A DNA stretch of 64,000 bases. It comes from Spirochaetia bacterium (GTDB taxonomy: Bacteria; Spirochaetota; Spirochaetia; SZUA-6; Bin103). The translations under genes were made by a program, and so were the position numbers. A model generated the notes under the pieces. It saw only the letters and a program-made list of their open reading frames with translations. It did not search any database and was not told the DNA's origin. The stretch lies in assembly GCA_965208575.1 (NCBI GenBank), contig CBDBOV010000004.1:224001-288000 (forward strand), given 5' to 3'. Shown one piece after another: positions 1 to 9,937 of the stretch. Positions within the stretch are counted from its first letter, which is position 1. Each line of letters begins with the position of its first letter.

Positions 1-210
1 TGTCAGCCATGGTCGAAAAGATATCCGGAACTTGGCACACCGTCTACCCCGTGCCAAGCGATCAATCGCGTTGAATATTGTGCGCTCGCCATACCGCCCG
101 GTCAATCGTGTTTCATAGCGGGCGCTCGGGCCGATCGATGAGGAGCCGACCGACTGACTCGGAGCTGCCGGATTGGCCGGGCCGTCCGGAATGCTTGCTC
201 CAGGACGTCG

Positions 211-1299
211 ATGACACCGTTCGCAACGTGCCGCCGGGCCGTCCGAGGCGCCGGGTGGCGTCTGCCGAGCACGCGTTGCCGGGCGGCAGCACACGCGAAC
301 CGTACCGAGTCACGCAGGACGCGGCTGCGGTACACTCTCCACTGCGTGCTCCCCAATCCCGCACAGATCGGCTCGGCGCTGTCGGATCTCATCGGAGGCG
401 GCGCCCGGCGGCGTGACCGGCCCGACTTCCGCCAGGGGTTCTACCTGGCCCTTGCCAAGGTGCTTGCCGCCGCGGCGTGGATCGATGCGCCGATCAATCA
501 GCCCGAGGTGAACGTGATCAAGAGCCTGCTCAACGAGTTGTCGCCGCGTCTCACCAGTCGCGAATTGCAGTCGGTCCAGCGCTACCTCGCCGAGCCGGTG
601 CCGGACGCCCACTGGGATGAGTTGCTGCTTGCATTGAGCGCCTTCACGCGACGCCGCCCGCGGTTGCAGTTCGCGCTGCAGCGGTTGCAGTCGCTGCTGG
701 CGGCCGACGGCGAGCTCAACGCGGCGGAGCAGAGGCTGTTCGCGCAGGCGCGATCGGCGCTTGACTGGCGAGGCAGTCACCCGGATGCCAACGAGCCGGA
801 CCCGACGCAAGCGGCGTCCGCTGCGGCGGACGCCGGCGATGGCCGCGACGACGGCGCGATACGCCTCGGCGACCTTGCCGGCGGCGGCGCTCGCGATGCT
901 GCCCCGCCGTTGGTGGATCGGGTGCGGGAAGCGGCCGCTGCGCGCTTGGGTTACCCGGCGGACGTTCGCGTGCCGCGCCGGCTGGCGGTGTGGTGCGCAG
1001 CCGTAGTGCACGTCACGGTTCACCGCGCCCGTACCGACGGCGAAGACGCGGAGCTGGTAGGTTTCCTGGCCGCGGTCGGCGGCGTCGATGAAGCCACCGC
1101 CGAGACGGTGCTGGAACAGGCCCGCGAGGCGGGGCCGGCCGCCGCGGCGCGCGCGGAACTGGCCGCCGAGCTGCACGCTGTCGCCACCGCGGTCGAGGTC
1201 GCCTCTCTCGCGCAGTTGCTCAACGCGATGGCCGGCGGCGACGCCGCCCTGCGCCGCCTGCAGGAGGTGAGCCGCGGGATGGAGGGCCTCGCCTGGTAA
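211..1299 (+). CDS. TerB-like (tellurite resistance / co-chaperone-like) domain protein; start uncertain, probably downstream of 211
   Basis: ALAKVLAAAAWIDAPINQPE and LLAADGELNAAEQ resemble the TerB helical motif (A-x-x-D-G-x-x-x-x-E). Confidence 0.55.
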   Translation: MTPFATCRRAVRGAGWRLPSTRCRAAAHANRTESRRTRLRYTLHCVLPNPAQIGSALSDLIGGGARRRDRPDFRQGFYLALAKVLAAAAWIDAPINQPEVNVIKSLLNELSPRLTSRELQSVQRYLAEPVPDAHWDELLLALSAFTRRRPRLQFALQRLQSLLAADGELNAAEQRLFAQARSALDWRGSHPDANEPDPTQAASAAADAGDGRDDGAIRLGDLAGGGARDAAPPLVDRVREAAAARLGYPADVRVPRRLAVWCAAVVHVTVHRARTDGEDAELVGFLAAVGGVDEATAETVLEQAREAGPAAAARAELAAELHAVATAVEVASLAQLLNAMAGGDAALRRLQEVSRGMEGLAW

Positions 1300-1311
1300 C
1301 GTCCCGACCGC

Positions 1312-2505
1312 TCATGCCGGGCGCTGCTGGATGGCGCGCAGGATCTCGTAACAGGCGCCGAGCGGGTGATAGTCGGTCTTGCTCGGCGGGCTCTTCCTGT
1401 CGTCGTAGCGGCGCCCGCGGCGGTCCAGCACCCGGTACCACGCGCCGTGGACGTGGTCCACGAAGTGGCTGTCGGCATAGTGCCAGGCGCGGTCGTACCA
1501 GTCCCAGTAACGTGCTTCTCCGGTGCGCACGGCCAGCACCGCCGCGGCGGCGACCGTCTCGGCGAGCACCCAGTAGTAGCGGTCGGTGTCGAGAATCTTC
1601 CCGTCCGGCGCGAACGTGTAGTGCATGCCGCCGTACGCTTCGTCCCAACTGCGCGCCAGCGCGGTGTCGAACAGCCGCACGGCAGCCGGCAACTGCCACG
1701 GCTCGGGCCGATGGCGCTCCAGAATCAGCAGCAGCTTGGCCCACTCCGCGAAGTGTCCGGGCAGATAGCCGTAGGGGCGGAACAGGTTGCGGGGATCGTC
1801 GCGGTTGTATTGCCAGTCGTGTTCCCAGTCGGTGGTGTAGTGCTCCCAGATCAGGCCCTGCGCCGGCGCCGCCAACTCGACGCAGATTCGGTTCGCCAGG
1901 GTGAGCGCCCGGTCCAGGTAGCGCGCTTCGCGGGTGGTCCCGTATGCCGCGAGCAGCGCCTCACACAGGTGCATGTTGGCGTTCTGGCCCCGGTAGGGGT
2001 CCACCGCCCGCCAGTCTTCGGCGGCGATCTCATCCGCGTAGAGGCGCGCGGACGGTTCCCAGAACCGCTGTTCGAGCAGGCCGTAGACTTCGCCGATGAG
2101 CGTGTCCGCGCCGGCCACGCCGACGCGCGCCGCCTGCGCGGCGGCAAGCAGCACGAAGGCGTGGCCGTACGCGTGGCGGGCGCCGTCCTCCACCCCGCCT
2201 GCGCCGAGCACCCAGGCGAAGCCGCCGTCGGCCTGCCGGTGTCCCGACCGCAGGAACGCAACCCCGTGGGCGGCCGCCGACCGGTACGCGTCGTCGTCGA
2301 ACAGTTCGGCGGCGACCGCGTAGTTGAACACGAAGCGGCAGGTGCCCACCAGGTGCTTGGTATCCCGGTCATAGATGGTGCCGTCGTCGGTGAACTGGTT
2401 GATGTAGCCGCCGCGCTCGGTGTCGATGCACGCGGGGTGGTAGAAGTGCATGATCCGCCGAACGTGCTCGCGGAGCACCGCGGGATCGCGGTAGTTCATG
2501 GCCAT
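1312..2505 (-). CDS. AGE-family epimerase/isomerase (N-acylglucosamine 2-epimerase / mannose isomerase-like)
   Basis: Motifs GTCRFVFNY, YGHAFVLLA, RGQNANMHLCEA, PGHFAEWAKL, YYWVLAE, KTDYH. True start MAMNYR lies inside the 1312..3627 ORF. Confidence 0.9.
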   Translation of the reverse strand: MAMNYRDPAVLREHVRRIMHFYHPACIDTERGGYINQFTDDGTIYDRDTKHLVGTCRFVFNYAVAAELFDDDAYRSAAAHGVAFLRSGHRQADGGFAWVLGAGGVEDGARHAYGHAFVLLAAAQAARVGVAGADTLIGEVYGLLEQRFWEPSARLYADEIAAEDWRAVDPYRGQNANMHLCEALLAAYGTTREARYLDRALTLANRICVELAAPAQGLIWEHYTTDWEHDWQYNRDDPRNLFRPYGYLPGHFAEWAKLLLILERHRPEPWQLPAAVRLFDTALARSWDEAYGGMHYTFAPDGKILDTDRYYWVLAETVAAAAVLAVRTGEARYWDWYDRAWHYADSHFVDHVHGAWYRVLDRRGRRYDDRKSPPSKTDYHPLGACYEILRAIQQRPA

Positions 2506-2513
2506 GAGCGCGT

Positions 2514-3560
2514 TCAACCGTTGGGATTGATATGCACCTTGATGGACTGCGAGGACTTGTCGAGGGCGGCGCCGAACGCATCGTGCACCGCATCGAGCGG
2601 GAAGCGCTGGGTGACCAGGGAGCGGGCGGCTTCGGCGTTGTCGGCAACCATTTCCATCGCGATCTGGTAGTCGGCGCGGCCGTTGGTGGCCGAGTAGGTC
2701 ATGGCGCCGACGATCTCCACCTCGTGCTTGGCCAGCAGCAGCGGATTGATGCCGACGGTGGGCACGGTGAATACGCCGAGCAGCAGGAGCCGCCCCTTCG
2801 GCCGTATCGCGAGCTGGGCGGTAAGCAGGGTGTCTCCCCGCCCGCCGACCGTTTCCACCGCCACGTCGATCACGCGCATCCGGGCGAGCTCCTGCAGGCG
2901 CTCGTGCCCGGCCTCGTCGTCGGCAATCACCTCGTCGGCACCGAGGCGCCGGGCCGCTTCCTGCTGGTGCGGGTGGCGGGCGGTGATCAGGGCCGTGGCG
3001 CCGCTCGCCTTGGCGGCGATCAGGGCGGTCAGACCGATCGATCCTGCGCCGATGATCAGCACCGTCTCGCGGGCGCGCAGGCCAATCTTGCCGTAGCCGT
3101 GCACCGAGCACGCGAGCGGCTCGGCAAGCGCGATCACTTCGCCGTCGGCGCCATCCGGGGCACGGTAGGCGGTGCGCGCCGGAACCGTGGCCAGCTCGCT
3201 CATGCCGCCGGCGACCGTCTCTCCCACCAGTCCGCGTTCGGTGCACACGTGGTAGTTGCCGGTCAGGCAGAATGAGCAGGATCCGCAGCTCAGCAACGGT
3301 TCGACACCCACGAGGTCGCCCTCTCGCACGTGGCGGACGCCGGCGCCGACCGCGGTCACCGTACCCGCCACCTCGTGGCCGGGCGTCACTCCCGGGCGCG
3401 GCGTGAACTCGTTGCGGTAGAAGTGCAGGTCGGAGCCGCAGATGCCGGCGCTTGCCACCGCGATCTGCACCTCGCCCGGCCCCGGGTCCGCCACCTCCGA
3501 CTCCCCGATCGCCAGCTTCAGATCGTCCGTCCAGCGTACCGACTTCATCTTGTTCGCCAT
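2514..3560 (-). CDS. Zn-dependent (MDR) sugar/polyol dehydrogenase
   Basis: GICGSDLH, GHE, CGSCSFC...C structural Zn cluster, GAGSIG Rossmann motif; probably co-transcribed with the AGE gene. Confidence 0.9.
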   Translation of the reverse strand: MANKMKSVRWTDDLKLAIGESEVADPGPGEVQIAVASAGICGSDLHFYRNEFTPRPGVTPGHEVAGTVTAVGAGVRHVREGDLVGVEPLLSCGSCSFCLTGNYHVCTERGLVGETVAGGMSELATVPARTAYRAPDGADGEVIALAEPLACSVHGYGKIGLRARETVLIIGAGSIGLTALIAAKASGATALITARHPHQQEAARRLGADEVIADDEAGHERLQELARMRVIDVAVETVGGRGDTLLTAQLAIRPKGRLLLLGVFTVPTVGINPLLLAKHEVEIVGAMTYSATNGRADYQIAMEMVADNAEAARSLVTQRFPLDAVHDAFGAALDKSSQSIKVHINPNG

Positions 3561-3755
3561 TGCGTCCTGCCTCCTCGGTTCGAGTGCGCGGCACGGCGGC
3601 TGCAGGCCGTAGCCGATCGCGGACCACAGTATAGCCGGAAAGCCGCCCGCCTCGCCGGCAGCAATCGCGGTATTTCAGCGGTGGTTGCCACGGGCACTGG
3701 CGTCGGGCTATAGTTCGGGCAACACCTTGCCTACCGCGCGGGAGGTAAAATCGTT

Positions 3756-4772
3756 ATGGCCGAAGCCGATCTTACGGGGCGCTCAGTACGGGGCGAGTGG
3801 CAGCCCGAGTCGCTGCCCAAACCGTCACCGCTGTTCACCAAGCCGCTCAAGTTGCGTCCGATCTTCAACTTCTTTTTCGCACATGACGGGTTGCTGTATC
3901 CCAAGAACGCCATCTATGCCGGCCTCGCCGTGGTCGCCTGGCTGTGGTTCACGCCGAGCTTCGCGCGCACCGAGACGTTCGCGATCGGCTGGATCGCCGA
4001 ACTCTATCTGCGCAACGCGGCGCTGCTGATCCTGGTCGCCGGCGGCCTGCACCTGCGGCTGTACATGAAGCGCGTCCAGGGGCAGCGCTACAAATACAAC
4101 CCGCGCTGGCTTGCCGGCAGCAGCCGCGCGTTCATGTTCGGCAACCAGACCCGCGACAACGTGTTCTGGACGCTCGCGAGCGGCTGCACCATCTGGACGC
4201 TCTACGAGGCGGTCACGCTGTGGTTCTACGCCAACGAGTTCATCTTCTCGGTCAGTTGGGCACGGCATCCGCTGTACTGCGTGCTGATGATGGTGTTCAT
4301 CCTGCTGTTCCGGCAGGCGCACTTCTACTGGACGCACCGCCTCACCCATTGGAAGCCGCTATACAAGTGGGCCCACTACCTGCATCACAAGAACGTAAAC
4401 ATCGGGCCATGGTCGGGGCTTTCGATGCACCCGATAGAGCATGTGCTCTACCTTTCCGGTGTGGTGATCCACTGGATCATCCCCTCGCATCCGCTGCACG
4501 CCATCTTCCACCTGCTGCACGCCGGCATCAGCCCGGCTGCCGGCCACGCCGGGTTCTACAAGTTCGAGCTCGGTGAGAAGCATGCGATCAGCAACGGCGG
4601 CTACTTTCACTACCTGCACCACCGCTACTTCGATTGCAACTACGGCAACGAAGGGGTACCGCTGGACAAGTGGTTCGGCAGCTTTCACGACGGTTCGCCG
4701 GAGGCGCACAAGGCGATGCGCGAGCGCAAGCGCAAGCTCGGCAACCGTGGAGCACCGGTCACCATAAACTGA
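3756..4772 (+). CDS. Sterol desaturase / fatty acid hydroxylase family membrane protein
   Basis: His boxes HRLTH, HYLHH, HYLHH; GLSMHPIEH; NYG; hydrophobic segments. Confidence 0.9.
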   Translation: MAEADLTGRSVRGEWQPESLPKPSPLFTKPLKLRPIFNFFFAHDGLLYPKNAIYAGLAVVAWLWFTPSFARTETFAIGWIAELYLRNAALLILVAGGLHLRLYMKRVQGQRYKYNPRWLAGSSRAFMFGNQTRDNVFWTLASGCTIWTLYEAVTLWFYANEFIFSVSWARHPLYCVLMMVFILLFRQAHFYWTHRLTHWKPLYKWAHYLHHKNVNIGPWSGLSMHPIEHVLYLSGVVIHWIIPSHPLHAIFHLLHAGISPAAGHAGFYKFELGEKHAISNGGYFHYLHHRYFDCNYGNEGVPLDKWFGSFHDGSPEAHKAMRERKRKLGNRGAPVTIN

Positions 4773-4791
4773 CAGCGCGCCGGCGGCCGGC

Positions 4792-5769
4792 TTGTCCGCG
4801 GCGGTGGCTGAACATTCCTTGAACCGCCGTACCGCGGTCGTGACCGGCGCCAATTCCGGCGTCGGGCGTTCGGCCACCGGGTTGCTGCTGGCGGCCGGTG
4901 CTCGCGTCACCTTGGTGTGCCGCGACCGAGGCCGGGGCGAACGCGCACTGGCCGAGTTGCAATCCGATCATCCGTCCGCATCCGCGACGCTCGAGATCGC
5001 CGACCTGGCGGCCATGGGGAGCGTGCGCGCGCTGGCGGCACGCCTCGCCGGCAGGCACGACAGCATCGATATCCTGGTGAACAACGCCGGCGTGTGGCGC
5101 AACCGGCTGGAGTTGACGGCCGAAGGGTTCGAGCGCACGTTCGCCACCAATCACCTGGGCCATTTCCTGCTGACCAACCTGTTGCTTCCGCGGCTGAGCG
5201 GCAGCGGCCACATCGTCAACGTCAGTTCCGAGGCCCACCGCAGCGGCGACCTGCGGCGCGCGGACTTGGACGAGATTGCGCGCGGCCCGGCCTGGCGTGG
5301 CACCTTTCCCGCCTACGCCGACTCGAAGCTGGCCAATGTGCTGTTCACGGTCGAGGCGGCGCGGCGCTGGCGGGAGCACGGCGTGACCGTCAACGCCGTG
5401 CATCCCGGCGTGCTGGCGACCGGCCTCTGGAATCAGAATAGCGGTGTACTTGCGGCCGTCCTGCGCCTCTTCACGTTGTTCATGCGAAGCCCGAGAGTCG
5501 GCGGCAATGCAGTGTTGAATGCGCTGGAATCGGCGCTGCAACATGAGGCTGTACGGTCACTCCGGGACAGGGAAGACGATGATAACCGGTGCCCGAGCAT
5601 CGCCCACCAGCCGGCTATTCCGGAACGGGCCACTGGACGCTACTTTCGGGTAACCCGCGAATCGGCCCCGCAGCCGCAAGCAGCCGACAGGGCGCTGGCA
5701 CATGAACTCTGGGAGCGTAGTCTCACGTGGACCGAAAGCACGGCAGTATGCACCGATTCGGGGTGCTGA
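4792..5769 (+). CDS. SDR-family oxidoreductase (retinol-dehydrogenase-like)
   Basis: TGANSGVG, NNAG, NHLGHFLL, VSS, YADSK, HPG. Confidence 0.9.
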   Translation: MSAAVAEHSLNRRTAVVTGANSGVGRSATGLLLAAGARVTLVCRDRGRGERALAELQSDHPSASATLEIADLAAMGSVRALAARLAGRHDSIDILVNNAGVWRNRLELTAEGFERTFATNHLGHFLLTNLLLPRLSGSGHIVNVSSEAHRSGDLRRADLDEIARGPAWRGTFPAYADSKLANVLFTVEAARRWREHGVTVNAVHPGVLATGLWNQNSGVLAAVLRLFTLFMRSPRVGGNAVLNALESALQHEAVRSLRDREDDDNRCPSIAHQPAIPERATGRYFRVTRESAPQPQAADRALAHELWERSLTWTESTAVCTDSGC

Positions 5770-5818
5770 TATTTTCGTAATATTTTTTTGTTGACCATCC
5801 GATCAGCTAGTAACGATA

Positions 5819-6364
5819 TTGCGCGTCACATTAGCCACGCCCGCCGATGCAAGCGTTATCGCGTGTGTGCAAGTGGTTACGTGGCGCACCACCTACGGGG
5901 GGATCGCACCGGATGTACGCCTGGCCACCCTCTCCTACCGTCACCGCGAGTCCGCGTGGCGGAAAATCATTGCCGAATAGCGCTCCGAGGAACTTCAGTT
6001 CGTTGCCGAGACGGACGCCGGCGAAGCGGTCGACTTCGCCAGCGGCGGCCGTGAACTCGGGGGCGACCTCGAGTACGACGGCGAATTCCACGAGATCCAT
6101 TTCCTTACCCCGCAGCAGCGGCTTGGCGTCGGACGGCGGCTTGTCGCGGCCGTAGTCGAACGCCTGATCGACGCCTCGTTCGGCTCCATGTCGATCCGGG
6201 TATTGCAGGACAATCCATCGTGCCGCTTGTGCGCGGCGATCGGCGGTTCGCGGACGCGCAACCGCATTACTACGATTGGCGGTGCCGATTTCGCGGAGGT
6301 CGCCTACGGCTGGCATGACCTCGCACTCCCGAGGAGGAATCGGCACCGAAGGGAGGGGGTATGA
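5819..6364 (+). pseudogene. GNAT acetyltransferase pseudogene with in-frame TAG at 5978-5980
   Basis: Manual translation from TTG 5819: LRVTLATPADASVIACVQVVTWRTTYGGI...WRKIIAE*RSEELQFVAETDAGEAVDFASGG...QQRLGVGRRLV...DNPSCR...EVAYGWHDL; not in the ORF track. Confidence 0.8.
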
Positions 6365-7302
6365 CTCCGAAAGTTGCTGTCCTTGGCGCCGGAGCCATGG
6401 GATGTCTGTTCGGCGGAGAGCTCGCCGAGCACGGCCTCGACGTCACGCTGATAGACGTGTGGCGCGAGCATGTCGATGCGATCAACCGCGACGGGTTGCG
6501 CATCGTGGGCCATCGCGGCAATCGCCGGGTCCGCGTGCGGGCGACTACCGATCCCGCATCGTGCGGAGCGGTGGACGTGGTGCTGGTGCACTGCAAGGCG
6601 GCGTGCACCGTGGCCGCGGTGAGCACCGCGCGCGACGCCGGATTGTTTCGCAACGGTACGGTCGCGATCAGTTTCCAGAACGGCCTCGGCAACGAAGAGA
6701 CGATCGCCGAGGTGATCGGTTCGCGGCGGGTGCTCGGCGGCGTGACCGCGCAGGGAGCGAGCGTCGAGGGGCCGGGCTGCATCCGCAGCTACGCCGACCT
6801 GCCGAGCCAGATCGGCGAGATGGGCGGCGGTGTCAGCGACCGCGCCACCGCGATTGCGGCCGCGTTCAGCGAACACGGTCTGCAGACCGTAGCGAGCGCC
6901 GACATCCGCCATGACATGTGGAAAAAGCTGATGGTGAACGTCAGCGTGAGTGCGATGTCGGGTATCACCAACCTGACCATCAGCGAGGCGGTGGCGACTC
7001 CCGAACTGAAGGCGATGTGCTACGGCGCGGTGGCGGAGGCGGTGCCGGTGGCCTGTGCCGACGGCGTCGCCCTCACGCACGAGGAGAGCCGCAAGACGCT
7101 CGACCTGATTGTCGGTCCGGGCGGTACCGGAGCCAACAAGTCGAGCCTGTGCGTCGACATCCTGAACCGGCGGCCCACCGAGGTGGACGTGATCAATGGC
7201 GCCGTGGTGTCGCATGGCGTTCGGCACGGCATCGACACGCCGATCAACGCCACCCTGGTAGCGCTGGTCAAGGGCATCGAGTCGCGTTACCTCGCCGGTT
7301 AG
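6361..7302 (+). CDS. Ketopantoate reductase (PanE/ApbA) family 2-keto-acid reductase
   Basis: GAGAMG, HCKA, FQNG, WKKL..N, SS..D....R.TE.D.ING. Confidence 0.9.
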   Translation: MTPKVAVLGAGAMGCLFGGELAEHGLDVTLIDVWREHVDAINRDGLRIVGHRGNRRVRVRATTDPASCGAVDVVLVHCKAACTVAAVSTARDAGLFRNGTVAISFQNGLGNEETIAEVIGSRRVLGGVTAQGASVEGPGCIRSYADLPSQIGEMGGGVSDRATAIAAAFSEHGLQTVASADIRHDMWKKLMVNVSVSAMSGITNLTISEAVATPELKAMCYGAVAEAVPVACADGVALTHEESRKTLDLIVGPGGTGANKSSLCVDILNRRPTEVDVINGAVVSHGVRHGIDTPINATLVALVKGIESRYLAG

Positions 7303-7321
7303 AGCGGAGTGAGACCGAACC

Positions 7322-8314
7322 ATGGTGCTTGCCCCTCAACCCTGCGTGGATACCAGCGGCGCGCGGCTGAGTGCTCCGCCCCTGGAAGCGTTGCGTGAAG
7401 CGCTCGCCCGCGGTCTGCAGGCCAACTACCGCGATGTTCGCGTGCGGGTGGTGCCCTGCCCCGACCTGCGCCGTGTCGGCTGTTCGTGGGCCGGCCTGGG
7501 GGGCTCGCCGGGCATTGTCGACGTCGGCGGCGAGCCGTACGCCCACAACCCGCGTTACCGCGACGTCCGGTTCGCGGTGCCGGACGTGCTGCGCTGCACC
7601 GGCCTCGCCGGCACCGGGGTGCTCGGCGCCGGCATGGCGTGCCCGGCCCACATCGATGGCCACTGCGGCGAGGTGATCGCCAACCTCGACGTGGGCGTCC
7701 GCGACCGGTCGCGGGTGGCACGGGTGGACGAAGGGGGACGCTGCGTGGTGGAGCCGTACGGCGCCGGCGTGTTTGCCGGGCTTGCCAACCTGTACGTGTG
7801 TGACGGCGCCCCGGGGCCGGTCCTGGAAGTGGAGGTCGGCCACCGCATCGGCGCGGAGGGGTCCCTGCCGCAGGCGATGCGGTCGGCCCTGGCGCCGCTG
7901 GCGGCGACCGGGCTGGGGCCAATCGCCCTCGGCGGCGTGTTCGAGCTGGTGGCCGGGCAGATCCGCAGCCACGTCATGCCTGACTACGACTGCATCGACA
8001 TGCCCTACTACGACGCGGAGCGCGACGAGGTGGTCGGGGATTTCCTGCGCTTCTTCGAACCGGTCGGCCCCGATCTGGTGTGCTTCTCGGTGCTGTGGAC
8101 CGGCGACCCGACGGGAGGGGCGCTGGATCTGCGCCCGTCGGGCGAACACACGCACTTTTACCACCCGCGCGATCCCGGCCTCGGCGGCCACTACCACCAC
8201 GACGTGACGCCGGACGCCGTGCACTACCGCGGCTGGTTTGCGCCGGCGGAAGCGGTCTACCGGGTGGGCAACATCTACGCGCGGCTGCGCAGCATGGAAG
8301 ACCGCGTCGCCTGA
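7322..8314 (+). CDS. DUF1907 / C11orf54 (PTD012)-like Zn-binding protein
   Basis: Full-length resemblance to human C11orf54: PPLEAL..GL..NY..V.V.VVPCPDL, VGG.PY, LGAG, LANL, GGVF, SHVMP, EHTHF, GGHYH.D.TPD.V.Y.G.F.PAE..YR. Confidence 0.85.
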   Translation: MVLAPQPCVDTSGARLSAPPLEALREALARGLQANYRDVRVRVVPCPDLRRVGCSWAGLGGSPGIVDVGGEPYAHNPRYRDVRFAVPDVLRCTGLAGTGVLGAGMACPAHIDGHCGEVIANLDVGVRDRSRVARVDEGGRCVVEPYGAGVFAGLANLYVCDGAPGPVLEVEVGHRIGAEGSLPQAMRSALAPLAATGLGPIALGGVFELVAGQIRSHVMPDYDCIDMPYYDAERDEVVGDFLRFFEPVGPDLVCFSVLWTGDPTGGALDLRPSGEHTHFYHPRDPGLGGHYHHDVTPDAVHYRGWFAPAEAVYRVGNIYARLRSMEDRVA

Positions 8315-8534
8315 CGAGCATGACGTCCCGGCGTTGGTGGCCGTTCCGCGGCTTGCCGGCCGCCGGCGTCGCGGCGGGTCTGCGCCTCCGGAACTCGCCA
8401 ACTGCTCGTGACCCCGGGCGTCGACTTGCCAGCTCGCGGCGTCACGATGTGGCGCCGTGCCTACCGACCGGCGCGCCTCGTAACGGCAGCGACCGGCACG
8501 GTACGGCCGAGTGCAGCCGCGGTCGTGGTCGCGG

Positions 8535-9221
8535 TCACGGGGTGACCTCGCCTGCTGACCAGAAGTGGGTGATGACGGCGTAGCGCGGGGTGCCGGTGGC
8601 GTTGCCGCCGGCGTAGTGCAGCGTGCGGCAGTGGTGGAAGGTGGCGTCGCCCGGCTGCAGGGTGACGGCCACCGCCTTGCCGGCGTCGGCGGTGGTGGCC
8701 AGGGCGCCGTTGATCTCCGACCGGTCGGCGATGGAGACGTGCTCCCGGATCGGGCCGCGGTGGCTGCCCGGAATGAACTGCATGCCGCCGTTGGCCTTCC
8801 ACGCCGGGGTCAGCGCCAGCCAGCAGGTCACGGCGCGGCCCGAGCCGTTGCGGTCCTGCCAGTAGCCGGCATCCTGGTGCCAGTCGGTCTGTGCCGGATA
8901 GTGCGCCGGCTTCATGATGAGCTGATCGTACTGGTACGCCGCGTCCGGCCCGATCAACCGCCTGGCCGCCGCCAGCGCGCGCCGGAAGTAGGCGTGCCCG
9001 CGCCAGTGCGCCATGTGCTGCGACGGATTGGCAAACTGCACCATCGCCCCCTTGACCCGCCGGTCGCCAAACGCCGGCACCTCGATCTCACCGCGCAGCG
9101 CCCGGTCGTAGTCGGCCAGCAGCTCCCCCACCTGCCCTTCCTCGATCAGTCCGCGCAGCACGACGAATCCGTCCCGCCAGAACGCCGCGACTTGTGTCCC
9201 TTGTAGCGTTGCTGTACTCAC
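8535..9221 (-). CDS. Phytanoyl-CoA dioxygenase (PhyH) family Fe(II)/2OG oxygenase
   Basis: FWRDGF, WHQD, W.AL, NGG..FIPGSH, FHH..T.H...N....R. Confidence 0.9.
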   Translation of the reverse strand: MSTATLQGTQVAAFWRDGFVVLRGLIEEGQVGELLADYDRALRGEIEVPAFGDRRVKGAMVQFANPSQHMAHWRGHAYFRRALAAARRLIGPDAAYQYDQLIMKPAHYPAQTDWHQDAGYWQDRNGSGRAVTCWLALTPAWKANGGMQFIPGSHRGPIREHVSIADRSEINGALATTADAGKAVAVTLQPGDATFHHCRTLHYAGGNATGTPRYAVITHFWSAGEVTP

Positions 9222-9307
9222 GGCGCCCCAGCATCCGCTACTCGACCAGACCGAAACTCGCCGCCACGGATTGCATGATTGGCGTCAGGCCTGAGATAAC
9301 GCAATAC

Positions 9308-9937
9308 TCAGTCGTCCAGGTCGCGATGGGAGACGGAGTCCTCGTCTACCCAGTCCTCCTCTTCCCACGTCGTTCCTTGGCGGCCCGGGACTTTGCGGGT
9401 GGGACCGGCCTTGTAGATTCGACAGGAGAGCGGTCCGTAGCAGAAGGTCTCCTCACGATAACGCTTGTGGGCGGGGTTCCAGTGGTCGACGATGATTTCC
9501 ACCGGCATCCGGCACCCCCAGATGCAACTCGTGCACGACGCCGAGTAGGTCCGTGCGGCGAGGCGTCGGCAGCCGCGCTCGCGGTACGCCTCAAGGTCCG
9601 GTGGCACTCCATGCCACGGCGGCGGCGCACCGGCTCGGTCCGCGCGGTGCAAGACCTTGAGCTTGGAGATTCGGTACAGTTCGGCGGTCTCCCTGCGCGC
9701 ATCGGGAACGGGTACGCCCATCCCGCTCAACGTGTTGCCGACCTCGATGCGATGCCTGGCGTGCGCCGCCTCACCAATGGCGATGGCGAACATGCGCGGT
9801 TCCTCGTCGACCGAGCCGGCGAGCCGGAGCACGTAACCCAAGTAGGTGTGGCTGCGTTGGTCGAACGACCGCAGCAACCGGATCCGCGGCTGAATCGACA
9901 CCACCACGCCGGACCACATGAGCGCCATGGGCGTCAC
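9308..9937 (-). CDS. Cys-rich hypothetical protein (possible Zn-binding); start GTG 9937 or ATG 9928
   Basis: Protein-like composition: QPRIRLLRSFDQRSHTYLGY, CTSCIWGC, CYGPLSC, acidic C-terminus. Confidence 0.65.
   Translation of the reverse strand: MTPMALMWSGVVVSIQPRIRLLRSFDQRSHTYLGYVLRLAGSVDEEPRMFAIAIGEAAHARHRIEVGNTLSGMGVPVPDARRETAELYRISKLKVLHRADRAGAPPPWHGVPPDLEAYRERGCRRLAARTYSASCTSCIWGCRMPVEIIVDHWNPAHKRYREETFCYGPLSCRIYKAGPTRKVPGRQGTTWEEEDWVDEDSVSHRDLDD

Noticed and set aside
1-210. Possible minus-strand gene start (ATG at 8-10)
   Set aside because: Only three codons fall inside the window, so it cannot be supported
1312-3627. 771-aa ORF as a single fusion protein
   Set aside because: Its N-terminal 374 aa are an off-frame overlap of the dehydrogenase gene; the real AGE protein starts at 2505
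5831-6346. 171-aa minus-strand ORF
   Set aside because: Antisense shadow of the GNAT pseudogene
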